Virus record (IMG/VR): IMGVR_UViG_3300032233_002377
Span: 1-42,824 of that record
Strand: one strand, 5' to 3'
Length of the DNA: 42,824 bases
From: a virus
Taxonomy: Duplodnaviria; Caudoviricetes
Position numbers and translations under genes: made by a program. Below are positions 10,162-21,500 of this stretch, one piece after another (the stretch's first letter is position 1; every line of letters starts with the position of its first letter). The notes under the pieces were generated by a model. It saw nothing but the letters and a program-made list of their open reading frames with translations, had not been told where the DNA came from and did not search any database.

Positions 10162-11122
10162 CAAGTTCTCCTGTGAATAATAATGGTTTAGTGGGGTCCT
10201 TCATTGAAGGCATGAAGGACAATACAACTGCGTTTGGATATACTTTTCTTACTTCTCTTGTTACTTCTGGTTTTGTTGGTCTAGTAAATTGTTGAAAGAA
10301 CATTTGAGTTGTAATATATTTTCCTCTCCAATTAAGAAGTATAGTATAAGTTGTTCCACGAGATTGTATTCTTAAATATTTTTCTTCTAATTGATTTTTT
10401 GGTTTAATATTTTTCTTTTTCATATTAATTGCAATTGCTGCTTCTGTTTTTGTTCCCCAATTTTTTGCTCCCTTTTTGCGACATTTTACTAAAGCACCAG
10501 AAGCATATGCACTCGGCCAAACCTTATAACGAGATTTTACTTTTTTGTAACATGCATCTTTTTCTCCAGCAGATTCATTGGTAGCAACCATTTTTGCTTT
10601 ACCTTTTCTGTCTGGATTTGGATCTTCTCTTCTCTTTCTTCTTGCTGCATCATCTTCTTCGTCAGGAGACATTTCTGCAGCCATTTTTGAAGAACCACAT
10701 TTTGGTTTAGTGGTTTGACCTGGTTGTTTGGCACAAGGAGCACCTGCAAACTTACCTCCTATTTGAGGCCATCCTTTTACTTTTCTTCCTGTTTTGGGAT
10801 CTTTTCCACTAGATTTTGCATACCAATCATGAAGACTTTCATCTCCAGATGTTGTTTCTTCACCAATACCTTTCATTTTTTCTGGTTTAATTACATCAAC
10901 AACTTCCAAAAAAGAATTTCCATTTGCATCTTCTATAGTTATAGTATCATTTTTATATTGATTTCCTTCTAGAAAATTTCCGGGATGAACAGTTGCTATT
11001 GAATATTTTTTTTTCAACAATATGGGACACATTTGTTCTCCATGAATTGGGCAATTTTTTCCCTTTTCAGTTTTATTGCAAGTGTTATTTGCTTCATATA
11101 TAAATTCTTTAAAACTTTTCAT
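10142..11122 (-). CDS. Modular hypothetical protein, probable internal head protein
   Basis: Starts MKSFKEFIYE (like T4 internal-protein capsid-targeting sequences); late promoter CTAAATA upstream; Lys/Cys-rich modules. Confidence 0.7.
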   Translation of the reverse strand: MKSFKEFIYEANNTCNKTEKGKNCPIHGEQMCPILLKKKYSIATVHPGNFLEGNQYKNDTITIEDANGNSFLEVVDVIKPEKMKGIGEETTSGDESLHDWYAKSSGKDPKTGRKVKGWPQIGGKFAGAPCAKQPGQTTKPKCGSSKMAAEMSPDEEDDAARRKRREDPNPDRKGKAKMVATNESAGEKDACYKKVKSRYKVWPSAYASGALVKCRKKGAKNWGTKTEAAIAINMKKKNIKPKNQLEEKYLRIQSRGTTYTILLNWRGKYITTQMFFQQFTRPTKPEVTREVRKVYPNAVVLSFMPSMKDPTKPLLFTGELDGPTKN

Positions 11123-11136
11123 GGAAATCTTTTTAA

Positions 11137-11568
11137 CTATTTAGAGATATCTTCTGGATCAAATCCTTTTTTCAATAATTTTTGCAGTTCAGCAGTTGAT
11201 CCAACAAAAAGAGCATTAGTAACATTTTTAGGACCTCTTGCATTTTCTTCTTTAAGTTTTTTCATTTTTTGTTGAAGATCTGCCAATTTATCAGTTACAT
11301 CTGAAATATTCTTAATTCCTTGTAAAGCAACTTCATATGCTCTTGGACTATCAGTTTCTCTTGCTAACTCCATAATACCGTCTATTGCTTCTTGACCTTT
11401 TTCTATTAAACTATATAAATGTCCTCTTGTGTATTCATAATCAAAATCTGAATCATCTTTGTTGTCAGGTTTGATTATATCTTTTTTTGGTTTTTTTATA
11501 ATTTCATTAGATATTGGAGTACTACTAACTTCTAATGCTTCATCTATATTTTTAAATTTATTATTCAT
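11137..11568 (-). CDS. gp16: Terminase small subunit
   Basis: DYEYTRGHLYSLIEKGQEAI, SPRAYEVA, NALFVGSTAELQKLLK; follows gp15. Confidence 0.92.
   Translation of the reverse strand: MNNKFKNIDEALEVSSTPISNEIIKKPKKDIIKPDNKDDSDFDYEYTRGHLYSLIEKGQEAIDGIMELARETDSPRAYEVALQGIKNISDVTDKLADLQQKMKKLKEENARGPKNVTNALFVGSTAELQKLLKKGFDPEDISK
11138..11144 (-). promoter_or_regulatory. Late promoter variant CTAAATA upstream of the 326-aa ORF/NblA-like/gp17 unit
   Basis: TAAATA core overlapping the gp16 stop. Confidence 0.55.
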
Positions 11569-12608
11569 ACATCAATTCCTTTCACTGGACTATATATTTT
11601 TCCATCACCAAAATCAAAACGTGTTTCACTGAATCCAAAGTCATCAGTGGATTGGACAAGAGCATTATCTGATGTATTAATTACATTTACAGCATCACCA
11701 GTTTGATGTGAAGAAATAGTTGTTCCATCTTGACCTCTAGCAACATGTAAAGTATTTCCTGTTATTTTATCAATATACATTTCTTCACTTCCAATCATAA
11801 TGTAACTATTTGAAATTAATTGTGATGCATTTGAAACTGTAAATGAAGTAATTTGAGTATTTACTTCTTGTGCCAGAACAGTTGTTGCGTCATTATTATA
11901 ATCTTTAATTGCCCTTGGTGTGGCAGTATATCTTACTTGACGAGAAGCATTTGCTGTAGTTGTATTTGTAAAGTAATCAACTTGAACTTGTTTAATGAGA
12001 CCTTCTGTATTATTTGCAATTGCACCAAAAATATAAGTTTTTGCAGTAAAGTTAATTGTGTAAATTAAATTTCTTCTTTCATTGAAATCATCTTCATAAT
12101 TATCGGACATTTGGATATTTTCAATTACAATTGGAATATCTCTTTTTTCTCCAATTGAACTTACTAAATCAATTGTCAAATTAAATTGAGGTTGAAAATA
12201 TGGAAGTATTTGTTCAACTATTTGAAGCATATCATCATTCAATTTAGTAATAATATTTAATTCTATTCCCAAATTATAAGGAACAGGCATATAAATTTTT
12301 TTATTATTGGATCCATCAATAGCATTAAAAGTTTGCATTGTAGAAACTTTTCTGCTTGGATCATATTGTATACTTGTAAGTTCAAACGACATTCTTGGAA
12401 GAGTTAATGCTACCCTCTTCCTTAAATCTGGTTTTTGCTCTAATCTTGCTAGAAATTTTTGTATTGGACCATATGCAATCGGAACTTTTATAAAACTAAA
12501 ATCATTTCCATTTGCATCTTCATGACGAATTTCTAAATTATTAAATAATGTACCAAAAGCAATAATGGTTTTTCTTATAATTTCGTTATAGGAATAAGAT
12601 CCGAGCAT
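11565..12608 (-). CDS. gp15: Tail sheath stabilizer/completion protein with C-terminal extra domain
   Basis: IRKTIIAFGTLFN, KVPIAYGP.QKFLARL, LPRMSFE, QIVEQILPYFQP. Confidence 0.95.
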   Translation of the reverse strand: MLGSYSYNEIIRKTIIAFGTLFNNLEIRHEDANGNDFSFIKVPIAYGPIQKFLARLEQKPDLRKRVALTLPRMSFELTSIQYDPSRKVSTMQTFNAIDGSNNKKIYMPVPYNLGIELNIITKLNDDMLQIVEQILPYFQPQFNLTIDLVSSIGEKRDIPIVIENIQMSDNYEDDFNERRNLIYTINFTAKTYIFGAIANNTEGLIKQVQVDYFTNTTTANASRQVRYTATPRAIKDYNNDATTVLAQEVNTQITSFTVSNASQLISNSYIMIGSEEMYIDKITGNTLHVARGQDGTTISSHQTGDAVNVINTSDNALVQSTDDFGFSETRFDFGDGKIYSPVKGIDV

Positions 12609-12628
12609 AATATTTACTTTTTATTAAT

Positions 12629-12635
12629 TATTTAG
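12629..12635 (-). promoter_or_regulatory. Late promoter variant CTAAATA upstream of gp15
   Basis: TAAATA core at the gp14 stop; a second copy (GTAAATA) at 12611-12617. Confidence 0.5.
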
Positions 12636-14047
12636 TAATTCCCAAAAGGATTTCCTTCAGAAAAATCTAATATTTCATTTGCCTCTGATTGAATGATAGC
12701 ATTTTCTGAATACTTATCATATAAATCATCTGTATAAATTTTTTGAATTGTATAATTAGAATTAGATCCTCCTGCAGTTGTTCCCATTCCAACAACAGTT
12801 TCACCAACTGCAAAATAACCATCAGTAATTGAAACTTTTAATATTGATGTAGAGTTATCCCAATTCTTGACATATGCACTAGTTCCAGTAGAAACACCTT
12901 TGACTACTTCATTAAATACATAATTTCCAGTTGAAATTCCAGCAGGTGAAGAAATGGTAATAGTTGGAGATTGGGTATATCCAATACCAGCAGTAGTATA
13001 TCTAATTGAAGTCACAATTCCAGAAGTATTTAAAAGTGCTTCTGCAACTGCATTTATTCCACCGGAAGGAGCAGTTGAAATGGAAACAATTGGTGTTGAA
13101 CCATAACCAACACCACCAGAATTTATAACAACTGGACCAAGAGATCCAGTCCCAAGTATTGCTGTTGCAATGGCACCAGTTCCACTATCACTTATTATAT
13201 TAACAGTAGGAATTGTTGTATATCCAATTCCTGGATTTATGACTAATATTCTATCAACTGAAAAACCAGTTCTACCAGTTTTGCTGGTCATAATTGCAAC
13301 AGCAGTCGCATTTATTCCACCAGAAAAAGCATTTGAAATTAAAATAGTTGGAGTACTTAAATAATATGCACCATCATTAATTAAATCAATTGCATACACA
13401 GATTTCCCAAAAGGAGATCCAATTTGTGATGATGCCAAAGAAACTTGTGCTCTTGCTTGTGTTGCTCCCAAACCAACCATTTGAAGAGTTTGAATATATC
13501 CAAAATCTTTAATTGCATTATCAACTTCTTCAATAGTAGTATCAATAATTTCATCTTCATATTCAAATACTTCACATCTTAATTCATAAATGTAAAGATT
13601 GTTTAATTGATAAAAAGGTTTTTTGCCTTCTACATATTTTATTTCAAATATTGTGTTATCTATAGGAAGATATATCAAATCACCTTCTTCTGGTCTATTT
13701 GATATTGTGACATTACTTTCAGAAGATAAAAATGGAGTTATAAAATTTTCATATCTATCTTTTGAAATTAATAAAGTTAACTCATCAGTTGTTCTTACTC
13801 CAAATTTTGATAAAATATCTCCTTGTCCACCAAATCCTTCAAAATTTGTTATATATGCTTCTAATCTATAATTATCATCAAATTTTGATGCAGTAATTTC
13901 TTTAATGATTGTATTTTGATTAATAATTTTTCTGGGAAGATATACAATATCTTGTCCATACATTTTTAATTGTTCATTGATTAAATCTTGTACCAATCTT
14001 TGTTCACTCGGTGAACCTTGAAGAAAATACGGATTAAGTGGAGACAT
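12632..14047 (-). CDS. gp14: Neck protein with inserted Gly/Thr-rich repeats
   Basis: LNPYFLQGS.SEQRLVQDLINEQLKMYG, SKFG, RPEEGDLIY, PFYQL, C-terminal DFSEGNPFG. Confidence 0.94.
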   Translation of the reverse strand: MSPLNPYFLQGSPSEQRLVQDLINEQLKMYGQDIVYLPRKIINQNTIIKEITASKFDDNYRLEAYITNFEGFGGQGDILSKFGVRTTDELTLLISKDRYENFITPFLSSESNVTISNRPEEGDLIYLPIDNTIFEIKYVEGKKPFYQLNNLYIYELRCEVFEYEDEIIDTTIEEVDNAIKDFGYIQTLQMVGLGATQARAQVSLASSQIGSPFGKSVYAIDLINDGAYYLSTPTILISNAFSGGINATAVAIMTSKTGRTGFSVDRILVINPGIGYTTIPTVNIISDSGTGAIATAILGTGSLGPVVINSGGVGYGSTPIVSISTAPSGGINAVAEALLNTSGIVTSIRYTTAGIGYTQSPTITISSPAGISTGNYVFNEVVKGVSTGTSAYVKNWDNSTSILKVSITDGYFAVGETVVGMGTTAGGSNSNYTIQKIYTDDLYDKYSENAIIQSEANEILDFSEGNPFGNY

Positions 14048-14051
14048 AATA

Positions 14052-14867
14052 TTAACCTATCATATCCATAGGAGGAGTTTCGTATGTGTCCATAAGTTCT
14101 CTTTCTGCCTCTTCTACTTCTCTTACTGCATCTTCAAATATTTGCCTCCCGTTTAATTGAACACCACCAGGAAGCATGACACCTTGGAATTTAATCATAT
14201 TTTGTCCCCACTGTTTTTTTATCAAAGCAGTTAAATATTTTTTAATCCACCAATCATTGTATATTTTTGGTGTATCGGAAGGATCAATCATTCTGTAGCA
14301 ATCAAATATTAAATAATTAGTAGGACTCATTTGACTCCAATCAATATCCAAATATAATCTATGATTTTTCTTATTAAATCTAATTTGAATATCTGGTGTA
14401 ATAATTCTACTCAAATCTTCCAAATATGTTTTTGTCATTGAATAATTCAAAAGATCCAATGCACCAAAATAATATAGATCATTCAAAAATAATTGATATT
14501 TTATATTAAAAAGACCACTAGATATTGTACTAGAATCAACTTTAAATACATTATTTACACCAATTACATGTTCTGGTACTGTTAAAAAATTATTTGTTTC
14601 TACATATGAAACTGTTGAAACTCCAACAGTTGATATTCCTGCAGCACCTGGTGCATTTGCTCTCATTGTATCAAGTTCACCTTGAGTTAATTGATGCTTT
14701 AAAAATACTCTTTGGATGCCATCATAATGCCTTTCGTTAAAATGTTGAATTGCATCATCAACCAAATCATCAATTTGATCGTCATCTACGTTAATTTCCA
14801 ATACAGGATAACCAAGTTTTCTTAAACAATAATCAATTAATCCTTGACGAGTTGCTGGTTGAGCCAT
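14052..14867 (-). CDS. gp13: Neck protein
   Basis: LIDYCLRKLGYPVLEINVDDDQIDD, KKQWGQNMIKFQG..LPGGVQLNG. Confidence 0.95.
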   Translation of the reverse strand: MAQPATRQGLIDYCLRKLGYPVLEINVDDDQIDDLVDDAIQHFNERHYDGIQRVFLKHQLTQGELDTMRANAPGAAGISTVGVSTVSYVETNNFLTVPEHVIGVNNVFKVDSSTISSGLFNIKYQLFLNDLYYFGALDLLNYSMTKTYLEDLSRIITPDIQIRFNKKNHRLYLDIDWSQMSPTNYLIFDCYRMIDPSDTPKIYNDWWIKKYLTALIKKQWGQNMIKFQGVMLPGGVQLNGRQIFEDAVREVEEAERELMDTYETPPMDMIG

Positions 14868-14883
14868 CGTTATCCTTTATAGT

Positions 14884-14891
14884 TATTTATT
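14884..14891 (-). promoter_or_regulatory. Late promoter AATAAATA upstream of gp13
   Basis: NATAAATA in intergenic gap. Confidence 0.7.
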
Positions 14892-14896
14892 TTGTA

Positions 14897-15274
14897 TTAA
14901 GTTGTTCCAATACCTGTTACTCCTGCAGTAACAAGAGCAGAACCTTCCACAACTCTTATATATTGAGTTCCAGTATTCAACAAAACATCATAAGAATATC
15001 TTCCTGGTTTCAATGAAGTAGTTAATGATGAACCCAAAGATATTTTAACTTGACCATTTGTTCTATTTGGAAAAGAAACAGAAAAAACAGCAGAAGAATT
15101 TATTGAAGCAGGAGATTTTTTTAAAACAGATGCTCCAGTATATCCAGTCAAGTTTATTGGATTATTTGAAAAATCTTGAAGATTATATGTAAAATTAAAA
15201 TCAGTATTTGTAGGTATTATAATATTTCTCACATATACTGATTCTGAACCAACTATAACATTATGATTTGACAT
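14897..15274 (-). CDS. Hypothetical virion protein (single beta-sandwich-like domain)
   Basis: 125 aa; INLTGYTG, G.VKISL....T.SLKPGRYSYDVLL, RVVEGSALVTAGVT; own late promoter. Confidence 0.75.
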   Translation of the reverse strand: MSNHNVIVGSESVYVRNIIIPTNTDFNFTYNLQDFSNNPINLTGYTGASVLKKSPASINSSAVFSVSFPNRTNGQVKISLGSSLTTSLKPGRYSYDVLLNTGTQYIRVVEGSALVTAGVTGIGTT

Positions 15275-15304
15275 ATTTTATATACCCTTACTGAGCATTA
15301 TTTT

Positions 15305-15312
15305 TATTTATA
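15305..15312 (-). promoter_or_regulatory. Late promoter TATAAATA upstream of the 125-aa ORF
   Basis: Exact consensus overlapping the stop of the 66-aa ORF. Confidence 0.75.
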
Positions 15313-15508
15313 GTTTGTTTTTAATGAGTTGATTTAAAAGATCTTTAAGATCTTTTATTTCATTTTTTAATTCATCAATTTCATTTTTTTCATTTATTAT
15401 TTTATTTTTTGTTTTTAAATATTCTTCATACTCATAATCATTGCAATTTAAAATTGCATTTGTTTTTTCATCTCTGAATAATCCCTTATGATCTTTTACT
15501 GGTATCAT
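15308..15508 (-). CDS. Small coiled-coil hypothetical protein
   Basis: 66 aa, ATGA overlap with the 2500-aa gene; heptad C-terminus EIDELKNEIKDLKDLLNQL. Confidence 0.75.
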   Translation of the reverse strand: MIPVKDHKGLFRDEKTNAILNCNDYEYEEYLKTKNKIINEKNEIDELKNEIKDLKDLLNQLIKNKL

Positions 15509-18500
15509 ACTGTTGCTATTACACGAAGATCTCTAATTGCTGGAACAAATGCTTGATTTGTTCCATTCATAATAATTTTAATTTGAAATCCATTAAATAA
15601 TGAAAGATTTTTTGCTGTAAATTCATAACTTTGAAAATCATTAGGAGTGGTTGATGCAGAAACAAATCTATCAGGTTTTCCATTATTTTTTGAAGAATCT
15701 ATAACATTCCCGTTATTTAAATTATCATATCCAGGGAACAATTCATAGTATTGCTGTGAGGTTGGAGAATCATTTCTCAACAATCTATATAAAACCCTAA
15801 TGTCATTTGTATAGTCTCTATAAGCATCAAAAAGAACTTTTAGTGAATCAGATGCTTTATCTAATTTTACAATTTTTGAAACATAAATTGCTGAATTTGG
15901 GTCACGAGACAAATCATTTACTCTTGGATCCAAAACAAAATCGGATATTGGAGTATCAATTCTATTCATAATTGTAATTAAATTGACTCTATCCAAATCT
16001 ATCATTGGAGAAACTTTAGAATCTCCCGTTGATAAATTCATTTCTAAAGTTAAAGATTTATTTCCAGGTAAAAATGGTAAATTATTTTGTTCATTTTCTT
16101 TTGAGCAAATAATTCTTGTACTATTTAAGAAATTATTTGAATTTAAAGATATAGTCTCAAATCCTTTATCGACAAATGAAACTTCATTTCCATTTACACT
16201 TGTTCCAGATGTAGTTCTAATTTTTGTTTCAATTGATGTTGTTTCTGGTAATAATGTTTGTATATTTGGTTTGACTATATTGAATGCAATATTTTGTGAT
16301 GCTTTTGCACCATTCAATGAATTTGATTGTGAAATATTGTATAAATATGAACCTCCATTTTTTGTAGACTTAAAGAATAAATCAGGTCCATTTGAACTAT
16401 CAGTACTTCTATCTGAACCAGATTTTGTTGTATCAATTTTTATGTGATAACTATCCAAACTAATTGGATAATTTGTGAAATCTACAGCAGGATTTGAGAA
16501 TGAATGTATTTTATTAATTCTTCTCAAAGAAATTCCATTAAATTCATACTTAAATATCAATTGATTTTGATCATAAGATGATGGAATTGTTGAATCAATT
16601 CCTCTATTTCCACTAATTCCTCCAATCGTATTTAATGAAGAACTATATGTTGTATACCCAACAATTTCTTTATCAATTAAAACATAACCCGTATTTGCTG
16701 CTGATACTGGTTGATTTTCAAATGTTGTTAATATTCCAACAGAAGATAATTGAATATCTGCAGTTGAAGATGAAGAATAACTTGAAGATAGTTTTACTGG
16801 TGCTACATCAGATTCTATTCCATTTAATTTAACATAATTATTTGAAGCATATAAACCATGATTTTGATGATTTACTTTAATATACAATCCATCATTAATA
16901 TCCAATGTGGAAGAAACCACTGCACTTGTAATTTGTGTACCATTGCTTAAAATAACATCAGATCCATTTGCATTTATATTTCCTTGAACATTATCAACAA
17001 TCAATGAATTGAATGAAGAAATAATACCAGAATTATTTGGAATTGTTAAAATTAAATTCTTTCCAAAGTTTCCAGTCTGTGAAGAATTTACTGTTAAAGT
17101 ATCACCAGCAGCATATCCAGATCCTCCTGCAGAAACAGTAGCAGCAACTGCAACATTATTGATAATAGTAAGATTTGCTGTGGCACCTTTTCCAAATCCA
17201 GTAGTTGTTGTTAGATTTACATTGCTCCAAGTAGTGTTGGATGTATAACCATAACCAGAATTTGTAATAGTCAATCCACTACCAATTCCAATTGCACCAA
17301 CTACTGATCGTAAATTTCCACTAAAATATGAATTATTATTTTGAGTAATTATGGACCCTGAAGTTAAATTTGTTAAATCTGAAGAAGTTAGACTCTTTCC
17401 AATTCCAACAAATATTGATTTAGAATATGAACTAATAGGATTTGGTCTTAATGATACAATTTGATTGTTTCCAATATCTAAGTCTGGATTATAAAATCTG
17501 ACAGATGCAGAATTAGTTGTAAATTCTGCTCTATATAAAATAAATTTTAAATCTTCTAATTGACTTGCATCCCAAGTAGAACCATTTTGAGATTTAAATA
17601 AAGATCCAAGAGTCGGTTGTTGTGAAACAATAATTTTTTCAGAATCTGGTTTATTGACAGTAGATATATCAACTTCACCCATTCTTGAAATCCATGCATT
17701 ATATGAATCTGATGCAGAAATTAACACTATTGCATATGAATTACTTCTTTCTAAGTATATTGGAGATTCAAAAATAAATGTAGTAGCAATACTTGCATCT
17801 TCTGACACATTAACATTTTCAGGATCTAAAACAACTTCACCAAAAGGAAGAATTGTTTGAGAAGGAAGTCCACTTTGCATAGTTCTAATTTGCAAAGTAA
17901 CTGGTATATTATTTGTATCTTTTGTTTTAAAGAAAACATCACATTTAGTTATATAAACACCATTTGGATCATTCACTTCAAATGATTCTGCCAATGGGTC
18001 TACCCATCTGGTTTGTTCTGTTGTTCTATCGGTAAATGTATTATTTGCAACTAATTTTGTTGTAGTATCAGTTAAAGTTCTTTGATCTTGTCTTGTGAAT
18101 CTTTCGACACTTGCATTTTTAAGTCTAAGAGTAGAATCTTCAACGTTATCTAATGTTCCTGCAGAGATGAAGTTTGTTTCTGCAGAACTTTCAGATATAC
18201 CAACAATCGTTGAATTTGTTGAACTTGTTGTTAACAATAAAGTCTTCGTTCCAGTTTGGAAAGCAGGTGTTGAGGGAATAGAAGGATCTGGAATAAAAAG
18301 TGAACCAATAAAAGTACCAGAAGAATCTGTGATCAATCTAAGATTTGTGACTGTTGCATTCGCATTACTAGTTTGACCAATCAATTTCATTCCAATTGAT
18401 ACTGATCCAAAAAATCCAGATGAAGATTGAAGTTCTAAACTTCCAGTATCTATATTTAAAATATTTGTTGTAGAAGTATATACATTAGAAAGACCGTTTT

Positions 18501-21500
18501 GTGGTTGATATGGGTTTATTGAATAAGTTTCTAATGCTGCATTATAAGGACCATATTTGTGATTTTGAGTTGCAAGTCTAAATTTAATACTTATTGAACC
18601 CAAAGTTCCAATAATGGTTTCACCATTTGCAAAAGTCCCACTTGTCATAGAAACTTCTAAAAGTTTTGGAACAATGTATGAAGTTACATCTACATTATCA
18701 AAAAATGCATAGAATCTGCTGGTTGGTTTTAAACGTTTTGCAATAATTTCAATATTTCTAGATCTCATTGTTGTTATGATTTCTCTAGAAACAACTCTAT
18801 CTCCTAATCTTGCAGTATCATAACGAGCAGTAACTCCATATTGTATTCCTTGTCGTGTTTGTCCAGATGTTGTAGTTACTGTTTGATTTGAAAAATCAAC
18901 AAAACTATCTCTAAACGTTTGAGATTCTGTTAAACTCTGCCTCATTACTCCATCTGGAGCACGAGATGCATGTGAGTCGGAAGTTGCTACCCAACCACTA
19001 TCAGATATTAAATTGCTTCCAGTTTGTAGTCTACTGATAGAAGGACCATCTGAAATAGATGTTCCAGTCCAACTTGTTTCCCAAGCACCCCAATCTACTG
19101 CAGAAAATCCTGTATTTGTATCTACTCCTAATGATTGTACAAAACCATCATAACTTCCTGCTAAATCTATTGTTCTTTGGGTAGTTCTGGTATCAATCCA
19201 AGTATCACTGGAAGGATTTAATTGTATGCTACCAATCCAGTTAATATTATTAAATGGATTTACATTTTCTATTCTTGTTGCAAATTTATTTTTAGTATAT
19301 TCAACATCAGAATAGTTTAAACAAATAACACTACCAACTCTCTTAATATCTTGTGAACCCAAATCTGTAACAAATCTGAGATCAGCATTTGGATTTGATG
19401 TTGTTCCTATTCCAATTACTGCTTCCGATCCCAAAAGCAAATCAATCGATGTTGAATATGTTTGTGGTTTCAATAAACCACTTGCAACATCTATACTTGC
19501 TTTATAATTTTTATTTGAAATATCTCCACCATTATATGATTTAAAATTATCTACAAAGAATCCACATTTAAATTTATCTAATCCTGTTTGGGCATCTCTA
19601 ATTGTAAGATTTTGGGTATCAGATTCAAGTAATGATAATGAAGTATAATATTCTATATTTGATACTCTATCTTCCAATCTAGAAATATCTCTCATTGTAT
19701 ATCTCTTATGTGTTGCAAAAGTAATTTTTGCATCTTTTACGTTATAAAGATATGCTGGTAAGAATATAGTTGCAACTTCCAGTGCTGTATCTAAACTATC
19801 TGGAACTTTTGGATTTAATGCTGGAACTCCTTTATTGACAATAAAACTTCCATCTTTTGATAAAAATAATTTATCAATTCTTGGCAAATAATAAGAATAA
19901 GAAAGATTGATTGTTTTATTTTTTGCAAAAATATTCTGTGAAGATCCTGTAGTTGAAGAGAATACTCTTGAATTATATTCAAAAGGAGAACTATTTCCAG
20001 TATATGAAGAAACTCTAGGTCTCAAATCAATCAAATCAGTAACTCTAAATGTGTCAATAGATGGTATATTGAAAGAGTAACGATCCTTATCATATGAGTT
20101 TACACCAACAAAATCACCAGGATCTGTTGAATCTATTGTATAGTAATTAAATATTATTTTTATTCTTTTTGATGGTGAAGAAGTATTTGGATTTCTTACT
20201 ATTCTTGAAAAATCCAAATATTCACTTCTTTGTCCATTATCCAATTTAAAATTATCTCTAATATTTTTATCTCCAACTTCAACTATAGATATTAAACCTG
20301 TTATTGAAGATTCCTCAAAAGTAACAATTTCTCCAGTAATAAAAGTGTTTTCATTCAAATATACTAATTCTACTTCATTACTTCCATTTCTTGATACCAA
20401 TGAAGCAACAGCATTACTATTTGATCCTATTATTCTTTCACCTTGAATTGAATTTAAAATATTTGAATTTAAATTTGTTAAAGTTATTTTTGGCAGAGAA
20501 GGATCGGATGAAGATGATGATTCAAATACTCCCAAAACTGATTCAACATCACAAACATTTAATGAAATTTCATCATCTTCTACTCTTAATCCATAGTATT
20601 GACTTGTTGATAATCCACTAGTTGAAGTAGAAACACCAGATGAAGTTTTATTGACAATAATAGATGAGCAACGATTATAAATTTTATTACGAACTTTATT
20701 GTTTACTTTAGTATATGTTACTGTCAAATTAGCAGTACCAGTATTGGTAGTATTTGATATGGTTAAAGTTCTTCCTGCAATATTTGATATTTTTTGATTA
20801 GTTAATGCCTCTATTGCACCATTACTAAAGGTTAAATTATAATCTTCATCACTATAAGGAACTAGTGTTAAATTTGTGTCACTTTCTGATAAACTTCCAC
20901 TAAATGGAACAGTAACAGTATATGATTTTTTAATAATTATATTTCCATTGGTTAAATCAAGATTTGAAATATTTTTATTTGATAAATTTGCGTATAAAAA
21001 TGCATTTGATGTATTTAAAATATTTAATGTTACCTTCTTAAAGTCATTTGCAGAAATCGTAGAAGATGGTAAAGATCCAGAACAAACATTATAAACAGTA
21101 CTTAATCCAGAAAGAGTAAGAGATCTAAGAGTAGTATTTACTGATGAAACTTTATTATAAGTTGGAATAGAATCACCAGTCTTTGTATAAGAAACAATAT
21201 CACCAGTGTTAATTCCAACATAAAAATTCTGATCAGAAGTACTTACAGTACTAATTCCGACACTAGATGCCGTAATTGTAAATTGTGTTCCTGGTGCTGC
21301 AAGTGAAATATATTTTGATAATACTGGGTCGGCAGTAAAAGTACTAATTCCAGTGTTTGTAGCATATATTTGATGTACATCAGTTAAATCATAATCTCTA
21401 ACACTTGCTATCGTTCTTCCATTATCTATTCCATTGATAGTTATTTGTTCTCCAGAAATAAAAGTTCCAGAAACTTGATATAAATTAATAGTATTTGAAG

